This document shows positions 27,943 to 36,087 of a stretch of DNA of 40,698 nucleotides, one piece after another. Source of the DNA: an uncultured Devosia sp. GTDB lineage: Bacteria; Pseudomonadota; Alphaproteobacteria; Rhizobiales; Devosiaceae. The stretch's first letter is position 1, and each line of letters begins with the position of its first letter. A model generated the notes under the pieces. It was not told where the DNA came from. It saw only the letters and a list, made by a program, of their open reading frames with translations, and ran no database searches. The position numbers were made by a program, and so were the translations under genes. The stretch lies in the NCBI GenBank assembly GCA_965650545.1, contig CBFGPB010000001.1, forward strand, positions 1 to 40,698, in the 5' to 3' direction.

Positions 27943-28797
27943 TCAGGTCTGCTTACGCTTGCCCCTGCCGCCGCGATTGACCGGCGGCTTGACCGGCGCC
28001 TCGCCGACACTCAGGGGTGCGGGCTTGGGCGCCCGCCGCCGGCGGTTCCGGTCGATCGACTTCTCCACCGCGTTCCTGGGCGCGCTTCCGCCCGGCCGCC
28101 CATCGCCGTCATGGTCGAAGGCGGCCGGATTGGCGCCGTTGAAGGCCACGCGATCGGCATCGAACTGGGCATTCTCCGCCTCAGCCGCGGCCCGCATGGC
28201 ATCGTCCTGGGCGTCGCGCTGCTTCTGTTCCTCCTGGCCCCGCCGATAGGCGCCCGAAAGCCTGAGGCTCTCGACATGGACAGGGTCGAGGTCGCCAATG
28301 CCGGGCAGCTCCTCGAAAATGCTGTCCTCGCGCTTGAGCGTGGTGGCGACGCTGGCCGGCCTCGGGCGATTGGTCTCCTCGAGCGCCAGCTGGTGCGCGC
28401 GCAGATCCCGATACTGGGCCAGCGTCACCGCCACGAAAGCTTCCCAGGGCTGGCGCTGCACGAAGCTCATGCCCGCCCAGCCCCAATTGGGCACCAGGCC
28501 CCATTCCACCGCCTGCCGATAAAGCCATTCGCCCTTGTCGACGCCCTTGGCGCAGACATAGAGCCCGAGGCGGTCGAGCGTGGCCTCGATCGCGGGCAGG
28601 ACATCATCGAGATTTTCATCCGGCTCCGCCTGCACCCAGCCCGCCGGCGCCGCGGCATTGGCTGCCGGCCAGTTGAGAATGGGCGCTGCCGGGCTGTCCT
28701 GCTCGCCCCACAGCAGCGCCGCCACCTGGGCGGCGGCCGTCTGGCCGATATTGGTGGCAAAGCTGGCCGCATCGATATCCATCACTGTGCGCTCCAT
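27943..28797 (-). CDS. Hypothetical protein with C-terminal DHDGDGRPGGS motif
   Basis: Long ORF within the operon; DxDxDG loop. Confidence 0.65.
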   Translation of the reverse strand: MERTVMDIDAASFATNIGQTAAAQVAALLWGEQDSPAAPILNWPAANAAAPAGWVQAEPDENLDDVLPAIEATLDRLGLYVCAKGVDKGEWLYRQAVEWGLVPNWGWAGMSFVQRQPWEAFVAVTLAQYRDLRAHQLALEETNRPRPASVATTLKREDSIFEELPGIGDLDPVHVESLRLSGAYRRGQEEQKQRDAQDDAMRAAAEAENAQFDADRVAFNGANPAAFDHDGDGRPGGSAPRNAVEKSIDRNRRRRAPKPAPLSVGEAPVKPPVNRGGRGKRKQT

Positions 28798-28799
28798 GC

Positions 28800-29231
28800 T
28801 CAGGCCCTCCGCCTCAGATACCAGGATGGTTCGTTCAGCGATCCATGACGAAGGAGGCCATCGGTCGGATAGCTCGCGCCGTCTCGCCGCTCGTGCCGAG
28901 GCCGTGGCAAACGATCCTCATAAGCATCGCTATCGCTCACCGGATCAAACTGGCGGACCCGTGCCTGATATCCCTGCAGATGCGCGATCTGCAGCTCGGC
29001 AGCATGTAGGTTTTCGCGCAGCATGTCGTTGTTGGCCTGCAGATCTTTGGCGGACTTTTCGACATCGACCAGCTTGATGTTGAGGTTGGTGATCTCATTG
29101 GACTGCGATGTCGCTCGCTCGCGAAGTCTGATCATCTCTGCCCGGGCTTCGACCACCGGCCCTTGGAACGAGGCGGGCAGTTCCTTGAGCACATCACCCA
29201 GCCGCTCGAGCAAATCCTTTTGCTCACTCAT
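28800..29231 (-). CDS. Coiled-coil hypothetical protein
   Basis: Heptad pattern; operon context. Confidence 0.65.
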   Translation of the reverse strand: MSEQKDLLERLGDVLKELPASFQGPVVEARAEMIRLRERATSQSNEITNLNIKLVDVEKSAKDLQANNDMLRENLHAAELQIAHLQGYQARVRQFDPVSDSDAYEDRLPRPRHERRDGASYPTDGLLRHGSLNEPSWYLRRRA

Positions 29232-29243
29232 TTGCCTATCCCT

Positions 29244-30377
29244 TCATGGTTTGAAATTGAGCACATCATTGGCGTCCTTGCCCCATTCCGGGGGCATGGC
29301 GATTTCTTCCACCGGCTTGCCGAACTGCCGGAAATGCACGATGGCCCGCTCGAACAGCTCCACGGCCTGGGGCTTGTCCCAGTCATTGTCGCGGGCGATC
29401 AGGTAGCCGCGCACGCAAGCGAGGTCGGGCACGCCCAGATAGCCCGAGAGCGACCCGGCCGCGTGCACGCGCAGGCTCGGATCGGCCTGGCCGAAGGTCA
29501 TGGCGTCCTCGATCCCCTCGGTCACCAGCAAGTAGTCCTGGACGCCGGCTTCCGCAGCCTCCTCGCAATTGAGCCCCGATGGCCCGCGCGTCACACGGAT
29601 CACCAGCCCCTGCGTGTCGGGAAACATCAGCTTGGCCGATCGACCGACCTTGCGCCCATCAGGCTTTTCCTCGAACCAGCCGCGGCGCAGCGTCTGCAGC
29701 TTGGTTTTGCCGTCCGGCTCGAGGAATGTGTAATGCACCGCGCCCAGGCGCCCGTGAGCGTCCAGCATGGCCGAGAGCATGGCCGGGAACGCCTGGGCCC
29801 GCCGCCCGCCTTCCCGGATGGGCCAGAAGTCGCAATCCGCCCGATAGCGAAAACTCGGGCAGCGATTGGGTAAGGCCGCCACGTCGATGCCACGGCCATT
29901 GAGATAGATCTCGGCCGGCGTGCCGATAACGGTCTCGCTCGCGGCAAAGAAAGCCTTGCGCGCCCGCTCGCGCGCGGCCTTGCTGTCGGCCTCGGCCTGC
30001 GCCTCCATGGCCGCGCGCTTCTCCTGGCCTTTGGCGATGAGCTCCTGCCGGGCGCGCGGATCCATCTCGCGGATCCCGTAGCGCTGCTCGACCCATTCGA
30101 CCGCCCGCATGCGGCTGTCGGCATTGACCGTGCCGACCAGGCCTAGCGCCACCAGGTCGATCGCGTCGCCCTGTTGGTTGCCGGCAAAATCCTTGAACGC
30201 ACCCCCGGGCCAGACCTTCATCTGCCCCATATCGGCATTGTTCCGCCACTTGTTGGCCACCTGCCAGCTGCCATTGCGGTTGCGTCGGGTCTGCTTGGCC
30301 CCATGCCCGAACAGCTCGGGGACAATGTCCCCAAGGTTCAGGATCACCAGATCCTTGGCACGGGCAAAGCGGGTCAT
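29244..30377 (-). CDS. TOPRIM primase (P4 alpha/Toprim_3-like)
   Basis: GDAIDLV, YLNGRGI, FPAML, VHYTFL, TEGIEDA, ARDND. Confidence 0.85.
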   Translation of the reverse strand: MTRFARAKDLVILNLGDIVPELFGHGAKQTRRNRNGSWQVANKWRNNADMGQMKVWPGGAFKDFAGNQQGDAIDLVALGLVGTVNADSRMRAVEWVEQRYGIREMDPRARQELIAKGQEKRAAMEAQAEADSKAARERARKAFFAASETVIGTPAEIYLNGRGIDVAALPNRCPSFRYRADCDFWPIREGGRRAQAFPAMLSAMLDAHGRLGAVHYTFLEPDGKTKLQTLRRGWFEEKPDGRKVGRSAKLMFPDTQGLVIRVTRGPSGLNCEEAAEAGVQDYLLVTEGIEDAMTFGQADPSLRVHAAGSLSGYLGVPDLACVRGYLIARDNDWDKPQAVELFERAIVHFRQFGKPVEEIAMPPEWGKDANDVLNFKP

Positions 30378-30781
30378 TCCGCCCCCCGCCATGGCTGGGA
30401 GAGTGCGGCGGCGATGGCACCCCGCGCTTCCGGGTCAAGGAAATATCCATTGCCCCAAACTGTCTGGATGGCGTTGCCGATATTGGCGCGCTTGAGCTTG
30501 GCCCTGACCTTGCAGACATAGACGTCGACGATCTTCTCTTCGGCCTCATAGTCATAGCCAGCCTCGGAGAGCACGTTCATCGCATTCTCCTTGGTCATCA
30601 GCCGGGAATTGATGAGGTGCAGCAGGATCCGCGCCTCATGGATCGTCATCCGAAACGCGCGCTGCGCCTCGGCGATCTGCTCGGTCGTCATCAACAGGCC
30701 GAGTTCGCCGCGCAGCCACAGGATTTCCTCCTGCAGCTCCTCGATGCGTTGCCGATCGCTCTTGGGCGCGCCTGCCTTCAT
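30374..30781 (-). CDS. CtrA-like OmpR winged-helix DNA-binding protein without receiver domain
   Basis: KIVDVYVCKVRAKL..IQTVWGNGYFL closely matches the CtrA C-terminus (KIIDVFICKLRKKL..IETVWGRGYVL); N-terminal coiled coil. Confidence 0.8.
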   Translation of the reverse strand: MKAGAPKSDRQRIEELQEEILWLRGELGLLMTTEQIAEAQRAFRMTIHEARILLHLINSRLMTKENAMNVLSEAGYDYEAEEKIVDVYVCKVRAKLKRANIGNAIQTVWGNGYFLDPEARGAIAAALSQPWRGAE

Positions 30782-31746
30782 CTGGTGTACGCCACCACGT
30801 CGAGCTGCCTCAGATGGGGCAACCGGCCCTGCACGATCTTGACCTTGTCGGCGCCGCCCTTCCAAGCAAAGCGCGGGTTGGTGGTCATGCCGTCGAGGCT
30901 CTCATGCAGATACCGCCCCAACTCATCCATCAGGCACATGACCTGCCCGGGCGCTGCTACGCCCGCCGCCGCGACAGCTGGCGCTGCAGGCGCCGGATCC
31001 GGAAATCGGCTCACCGGCGCCGCCGCCGGTGCCTCCGGCCGCATGATCGTGGCGCTTTCGAGCTTCATGCCGCGATGGACGAAGTCTACCCGCTCGCCCT
31101 CATCTTCCTCCTCGGCCGCTGCCATTGCCGCCAGTTCTGCCTCGTCCTCGGCGCGGTCCTGTTGGTCGGCGACATCGGCCACCGACGCCCCGGACACCTC
31201 GGTCCAGTCCACGTCCACCGCGTCCTCATCGGGGGGCAGGCCTTCGGCTGCACGCACTGCATCGAAATCTGCCTCCTCGCCCTCGACCGGCTCGAAGGCG
31301 TGCGCCGGCGGCGCGGGGAGCTGCGGCAGGGTTTCGAGAACCTCGCCACCCCGGTCGGCGCCCTGGTGCCACCGGATATCATCCGGGTCGGCAATTGCCT
31401 GGCTGGGCGGCACGACGCCACGCAGCACATAGGTCAGGAATTCCCGGGGCGGCACATTGATGGCCTCGGCAATATAGATCATCGTCTTGCCGAACAGCTT
31501 TCGTGCCTTGTCGCGCTTCTCCGGCGTCCAGGCGCCTTTGAGGGTAGCGGGGTCCGGGGTGCCCGTGGGCCGCTTGTTGCTGCTCAACCGGCACTGGACC
31601 AGGATGGTCGCGGCCTTGCTGGCCGTCACCCCGAGCAGCGGTGCCATGTCGGCCGCCGTGAGCCCGCGGGCATGCAGAGCCCGAACAGCGTCCCGCATGC
31701 TCGGATAGCCTACACCTTCGACGGTGACAGGATTGCTGTTCGCCAT
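30778..31746 (-). CDS. HTH protein with GcrA-like helices and an acidic linker
   Basis: LHARGLTAADMAPLLGV and WTPEKRDKARKLFGKTMIYIAEAINV. Confidence 0.55.
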   Translation of the reverse strand: MANSNPVTVEGVGYPSMRDAVRALHARGLTAADMAPLLGVTASKAATILVQCRLSSNKRPTGTPDPATLKGAWTPEKRDKARKLFGKTMIYIAEAINVPPREFLTYVLRGVVPPSQAIADPDDIRWHQGADRGGEVLETLPQLPAPPAHAFEPVEGEEADFDAVRAAEGLPPDEDAVDVDWTEVSGASVADVADQQDRAEDEAELAAMAAAEEEDEGERVDFVHRGMKLESATIMRPEAPAAAPVSRFPDPAPAAPAVAAAGVAAPGQVMCLMDELGRYLHESLDGMTTNPRFAWKGGADKVKIVQGRLPHLRQLDVVAYTR

Positions 31747-32060
31747 CACTGCTTCTCCTGCTCGCTGAGTGCCACCCGGCTTTCCACCTGGTGCGGCAGC
31801 TCGGCCTGCACCCGGGCGATGAACTGGCGGCGCCGATCGTCCGGCAGCATAGCCAATTGCCCGGCCAGCACGTTGAGAATGCCGCCTAGGGCTGCGGTAA
31901 AGCTGGGCTGGCCGCCTTCTTCCCTGAGGTCGATCGACACGCCATCCACGGCGCGCCGCGTCGCCCGCTCGAACGCGGCCACCTGGCCCTTCTCGCTGTG
32001 CCGGCACTCATAGGCGCGCATGGCCTTCTGTTCGGGGGAAAGGATCAGGGACTTGATCAT
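31746..32060 (-). CDS. Hypothetical protein
   Basis: Translationally coupled on both sides. Confidence 0.6.
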   Translation of the reverse strand: MIKSLILSPEQKAMRAYECRHSEKGQVAAFERATRRAVDGVSIDLREEGGQPSFTAALGGILNVLAGQLAMLPDDRRRQFIARVQAELPHQVESRVALSEQEKQ

Positions 32061-32239
32061 TTCGCCCTCCCTGCGGCCCGGCGGACGCGCCAGCGCTTAT
32101 GCGCACGCGTTCCGGGGTGCCGGCTGTGGCGGGGCCAGGTGCCAACGGGCAAAAGCGGCGGCATGGATGAGAGCGCGGCCAAGGCCATGCCGATCATCTG
32201 GCTATAGGCGTTGGCGTCCGGTTTATAGCCGAGCATCAT
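32057..32239 (-). CDS. Small hypothetical protein
   Basis: GGAGG RBS; ATGA overlap downstream. Confidence 0.5.
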   Translation of the reverse strand: MMLGYKPDANAYSQMIGMALAALSSMPPLLPVGTWPRHSRHPGTRAHKRWRVRRAAGRAK

Positions 32240-32244
32240 GGGGT

Positions 32245-32517
32245 CTAGCCTCCTTCGAAAAAGCGCTCGAGCCGGCTGAGCTCGGCGTCATAGTGCGGGT
32301 CGTCGCGCCGGTCCTCGACCGCGCGCAGGGCTTTGGAAATCGCCTGCTTGCTGCATCCATAGGCCCGGGCTGCCAGGGCGCCCGGAACGTTGCAGCAGGT
32401 CACCAGGAGATATTGCGCCGTGGTGGCGTGGCGCTCGGGCGGAATGGCCGAGGCGGCCACCATGGCCCGCACCGCCGTGAGCATGCCGACGCTGGCCCGC
32501 TCCATCACCGCGCTCAT
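32245..32517 (-). CDS. DnaA domain IV-like HTH protein (GafY-like)
   Basis: AQYL...ARAYGCSKQAISKALRAVEDRRDDPHYDAELSRLE matches small alphaproteobacterial DnaA-C-like proteins. Confidence 0.6.
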   Translation of the reverse strand: MSAVMERASVGMLTAVRAMVAASAIPPERHATTAQYLLVTCCNVPGALAARAYGCSKQAISKALRAVEDRRDDPHYDAELSRLERFFEGG

Positions 32518-32828
32518 TTCTGGTTCTCTGTGGAAGAGGTGGCGGAGCCAGCGCCAGGCTCGCTGCCACCAGCGCGGCCTGGCACCGTAAAAGGGAAGGC
32601 CTCGGCCTCCCGCTTGCGCTCCCCCTCGAGCGTGCGCAGCGCCATCTGCAGGGCCTTGATGCGGCGGTGAAAGCCCAGGCCCGAGCGGCGCATGCGCTCA
32701 TAGGTGCGCCGGCTCATCCCCGCCTTGTCCGCCAGGGCGTCGACGGTAAAGCCATTGGCCAGCCGCCGCGCCTCGATGGCGTCGATCTCGGCCCGCTTGC
32801 CCGGTTGATACGGCCCCCTTGCCCCCAT
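32514..32828 (-). CDS. XRE-family HTH protein
   Basis: RRLANGFTVDALADKAGMSRRTYERM. Confidence 0.75.
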   Translation of the reverse strand: MGARGPYQPGKRAEIDAIEARRLANGFTVDALADKAGMSRRTYERMRRSGLGFHRRIKALQMALRTLEGERKREAEAFPFTVPGRAGGSEPGAGSATSSTENQK

Positions 32829-33124
32829 CAGTCCCGCCCCGCCCCCGCAAAATTGCTCATCGCCTCGCGCCAGAATTCGAGCTCGCGCGCCATCGAACCG
32901 GGCAGCATTCCATGCGCGTCGCGCACCGCCAGCAGCGCGACCAGGCGCTGGTTGATGAAGGCCTCGCCCGCCGCAAAGCTGAGCCGGCGGCAGGTCGTGC
33001 GGATCTCGCCACCATGCTCGAGCACCAGGCCATCGCTCAGGCGCAGCAACATGGCCGCCCGCTCCTGGTCGCTGCCGGCAACCACAAGCTGGTCGACGAT
33101 GGGGAGATTGACGCTCTCGGTCAT
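32828..33124 (-). CDS. Hypothetical protein
   Basis: LPIVDQL..A..DQERAAMLL..D motif; coupled downstream. Confidence 0.6.
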   Translation of the reverse strand: MTESVNLPIVDQLVVAGSDQERAAMLLRLSDGLVLEHGGEIRTTCRRLSFAAGEAFINQRLVALLAVRDAHGMLPGSMARELEFWREAMSNFAGAGRD

Positions 33125-33125
33125 G

Positions 33126-33788
33126 TCAGGCCGCCGGCGCATCCGTCATGGCGAGCACACGCTCGACCAGGGCAACGATCTTTGGATTGATCCCGCGCCA
33201 GAATTCGACACGGGCGGCATCGGCGGCGGCATCGGCGGCGGCATAGGCGGCGGCATAGGCGGCACGGGCGGCGGCACGGGCGGCGGCATCGGCGGCGGCA
33301 TAGGCGGCGGCATAGGCGGCGGCATCGGCGGCGGCATAGGCGGCGGCCAGCAGAGCCTCGCGCGCGTGAGCCGCACTCGTCGCATCGGTGATTTCGGGCA
33401 GGGCCTCGAGCTGCTCGGGCCACCCGTTTATTCCGGCCGCACGCAGTGCTGCGGGCGCGAAAATGCGCGCGGCACTGTCCGCGAGCGCATAGGCGCGACG
33501 CACCTGAGCGTCACGCGAGACCACTGAACCCGTTATTTTGGGGATCAGTGGCAGCATGATTTCCGTGCGCAATTCGTCGGGCAGGGCGTCGTTCCAGGCG
33601 CGCATGAAAGCGCCCACGATCTGGCAGACGCAGTCGGGCCGGTCCGACCATTGTTCACCGGCGACATAGCTCACCGCCTCCATCACACACATGCCCTTGT
33701 CCGGGCCGGCATGGCCGCCCCGATCGAGCTTGGTGATTTCAGCGAGGCGGGCTGGGTTGAGGGCGATCTGGGTTTCGGCAGGCGTCAT
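33126..33788 (-). CDS. Hypothetical phage protein with AAA[Y/D/R] repeats
   Basis: CVMEAVSYVAGEQWSDRPDCVC N-terminal domain plus an Ala-rich repeat. Confidence 0.75.
   Translation of the reverse strand: MTPAETQIALNPARLAEITKLDRGGHAGPDKGMCVMEAVSYVAGEQWSDRPDCVCQIVGAFMRAWNDALPDELRTEIMLPLIPKITGSVVSRDAQVRRAYALADSAARIFAPAALRAAGINGWPEQLEALPEITDATSAAHAREALLAAAYAAADAAAYAAAYAAADAAARAAARAAYAAAYAAADAAADAARVEFWRGINPKIVALVERVLAMTDAPAA
33212..33347. repeat. Imperfect 12-bp tandem repeat (GGCGGCGGCAT[A/C])
   Basis: About 11 units, in frame. Confidence 0.9.
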
Positions 33789-33847
33789 GGCAGGACTCCA
33801 CAAGCGGGGGTTGAGGTGGCAGACTGAGGGGAAAGGGGGAGGGACTT

Positions 33848-34135
33848 ATGAGATACCTGGGATGCGCAGTGGCGGCGCTGCTGTTGGCGGGCTGCACCTC
33901 GACGGGCACCGCGCCCAATGTGGCGCTGGCCCCACAAGGGCCGCCACCGGTCATGAACCCAGCCACACCGGGCCCAAGTGCCAATGCGGCCTATCAGTGG
34001 TGCCTGGACGACGCCTCGCGCAAGGCATCCTCGGCTACCATTGCAGGCCGAGCCTACATCCGCGGCTATATCAAAGGATGTATGACGGACTTGGGCGCTG
34101 ACCCGGCGTACACGCTGGTTTTGCTGCAGTACTGA
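33848..34135 (+). CDS. Lipoprotein, candidate superinfection-exclusion moron
   Basis: MRYLGCAVAALLLAGC lipobox, GGAGG RBS, opposite strand to the surrounding operon. Confidence 0.7.
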   Translation: MRYLGCAVAALLLAGCTSTGTAPNVALAPQGPPPVMNPATPGPSANAAYQWCLDDASRKASSATIAGRAYIRGYIKGCMTDLGADPAYTLVLLQY

Positions 34136-34137
34136 AA

Positions 34138-34443
34138 TCACCGCAGCCCCGCATCGCGCATGTGCCGTTCGGCCTCGCGGCGCACGCCTTTCATGGCGCG
34201 CTCCATCTCAAGCGTCCGGTCGAGCTTGGATTGCAGGTGCTGCTGCGGCTTGGGGGCGCCCCGGCGGATAGCCTTGCGGTCACCGGCGTCACGCTGCGCC
34301 AGCCACGCCTCATGGGCCTTGAGGCCCTTGAACATGGTCGTTTCGCTGATCCCGGCGCGGCGCAGCAATTCGGCCCGGCTCAGGTCCAGTTCAATGCGCT
34401 CGGCTTCGTACTCTGCCCAGCTCTTGGGCTTGATGACACTCAT
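34138..34443 (-). CDS. cro: Cro-like HTH regulator
   Basis: LSRAELLRRAGISETTMFKGL; divergent from the repressor. Confidence 0.7.
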   Translation of the reverse strand: MSVIKPKSWAEYEAERIELDLSRAELLRRAGISETTMFKGLKAHEAWLAQRDAGDRKAIRRGAPKPQQHLQSKLDRTLEMERAMKGVRREAERHMRDAGLR

Positions 34444-34475
34444 GGGGAAGCACCGCTCCGCAAATCACTTCGGTT

Positions 34476-34514
34476 GCTTCATATGAAAAATTATGATTTG
34501 GGTAATCGTGTCAA
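34476..34514 (-). promoter_or_regulatory. Leftward (cro) promoter/operator
   Basis: TTGACA (34514-34509), TAATTT, and palindrome TTCATATGAA at 34478-34487. Confidence 0.6.
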
Positions 34515-34555
34515 TAGGACGTGGCGCGGCGTGTTTGTATGGAGTAGCGCAGCCT

Positions 34556-35200
34556 ATGCTCCGGGTCGTGAGCACCACCGAACCGACATCCCTGCGCAGA
34601 CGGCAGCTCGCCTGGCTTCAGGCGATGCTCGATTTTCGCATGTGGAATGTCACCCGCATGGCACGCGAAGCCGGGGTCAGCCAGTCCACTCTGGCCAAAT
34701 TTCTCAATGATCCCGAGAACATCGCCCAGCTCTCCACCAATACTGTGGAAAAGCTGGCGACCGCCGGCGGCATCCGTCCTTACGAGACCACCCCGACCAT
34801 GCACCCGCGCGGCCTTTCCGACCGGGAAGCTGAGCGCTTCGAAGGGTTTAACGACAACCCGGCCTTCTCCAAATTGATCGGGGCGCTTGCCGCTGGAAAC
34901 TCCGTGGTTCCTTGGGTTTTGAACACAAGGGCGCTTGAAGTCTTCGGCTATCTCCCGGGCGACGTGCTCATGGTGGATCTCAATGCCACCCCGCGCGATG
35001 GGGACGTGGTCTGCGCCCAGCTCTATGACCGGAATGGGGAAGCCGAGACGGTTTTTCGCATCCTTGAACACCCCTTCCTGGTAGCCGCCACGCTCGACCG
35101 GGCGACCATCAAGCCACTCCTGGTCAACAACGACACCGTGGTGGTCCGCGGCGTCGTCACCAGCTCGCACCGCCCCAGGCTGACGCAGCTGGCCTCGTAG
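34556..35200 (+). CDS. cI: CI-like repressor (HTH + degenerate S24 domain)
   Basis: VTRMAREAGVSQSTLAKF HTH; YLPGDVLMVD..P.DGDVVCA..VRGVV S24 fold. Confidence 0.85.
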   Translation: MLRVVSTTEPTSLRRRQLAWLQAMLDFRMWNVTRMAREAGVSQSTLAKFLNDPENIAQLSTNTVEKLATAGGIRPYETTPTMHPRGLSDREAERFEGFNDNPAFSKLIGALAAGNSVVPWVLNTRALEVFGYLPGDVLMVDLNATPRDGDVVCAQLYDRNGEAETVFRILEHPFLVAATLDRATIKPLLVNNDTVVVRGVVTSSHRPRLTQLAS

Positions 35201-35264
35201 CTCTTTAGCTACCCCTTTTCCCCCTGATTTTTCGCAAACCTGCCATCACAAATTATGGCCTCGG

Positions 35265-35280
35265 TGTTTCACGTGACACG
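35265..35280. promoter_or_regulatory. parS-like site
   Basis: TGTTTCACGTGACACG, 14/16 to the chromosomal parS consensus TGTTTCACGTGAAACA. Confidence 0.55.
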
Positions 35281-35343
35281 GATTTCATATGAAATCTGTT
35301 GACAACTATGAAGCACTTCATAATTCTTACCGTGACTTCATAG
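35281..35343 (+). promoter_or_regulatory. Rightward early promoter with operators
   Basis: Palindromes GATTTCATATGAAATC (35281-35296) and TATGAAG-CA-CTTCATA (35307-35322) flank TTGACA (35299); same TTCATA half-site as the cro side. Confidence 0.75.
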
Positions 35344-35362
35344 CAAATCACGGAGAGATCGC

Positions 35363-35692
35363 ATGGATGGGGTGGCCCATCGGCTCCTGGAGCCGGACAA
35401 CCTGATCAAGTTCAACCTGGACGGCTCGATGACCTGCAGCGCAGGCCAGGTCGCCCACCTGCTCGGTCTTTCCGAGCGCATGTTCAACCGGCAGCGCGCC
35501 GAACTCAAGGCGGCCGGCTTCCCCGACAAGCTGCCGGGGGTCAACAAATGGTCCCGCCCGGCCGTGGTGGCCTGGATCAGCTCCAATGGCCAGACCACCG
35601 TCGCCACCCCGCGCGGCGCCGGCATCGGCGATCCCGACGTGGAAGCCATCGCTGCCGACCTCGAGGCCGACTATGGCAGGAGCGCGGCATGA
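35363..35692 (+). CDS. Excisionase/AlpA-like winged HTH
   Basis: SAGQVAHLLGLSERMF..GFP....KWSRPAVVAWI. Confidence 0.75.
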   Translation: MDGVAHRLLEPDNLIKFNLDGSMTCSAGQVAHLLGLSERMFNRQRAELKAAGFPDKLPGVNKWSRPAVVAWISSNGQTTVATPRGAGIGDPDVEAIAADLEADYGRSAA

Positions 35693-36087
35693 GCACCCAC
35701 CACCACTTTGATCTGTCATCGATGCGGAGTGCAGACACCGCGCAACGTGCCGCTCTGGCAGCCAAACTGCGAGCCGACGCAAATTCCGCCGAAGAGTTGG
35801 CAGCCGCCGAGTTTCTCATCTCGATGCAGGAAGCCACGTCAAAAATCACACTGGCCTTTACCCAGGCGATCAACGCCGGCGCCGACATTCAGTCCATTGC
35901 CGATAACCTCGGCAATGGTGTCGCGGCAATCAAGGCCGGTGCCGTGCGCAATTTGGCGCGCTTAGGCGGGCGAGAGAGCGTCGAGCAATATCTCGCCTCC
36001 GAAGCAGCCACGCTGCACGACATCTTCACCGATCGGTTTTCGGGCACTATCGCCCGCCATTCTCCCATGCCTGGGGGACACGCCTGA
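35689..36087 (+). CDS. Hypothetical protein
   Basis: ATGA-coupled, helical. Confidence 0.6.
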   Translation: MSTHHHFDLSSMRSADTAQRAALAAKLRADANSAEELAAAEFLISMQEATSKITLAFTQAINAGADIQSIADNLGNGVAAIKAGAVRNLARLGGRESVEQYLASEAATLHDIFTDRFSGTIARHSPMPGGHA

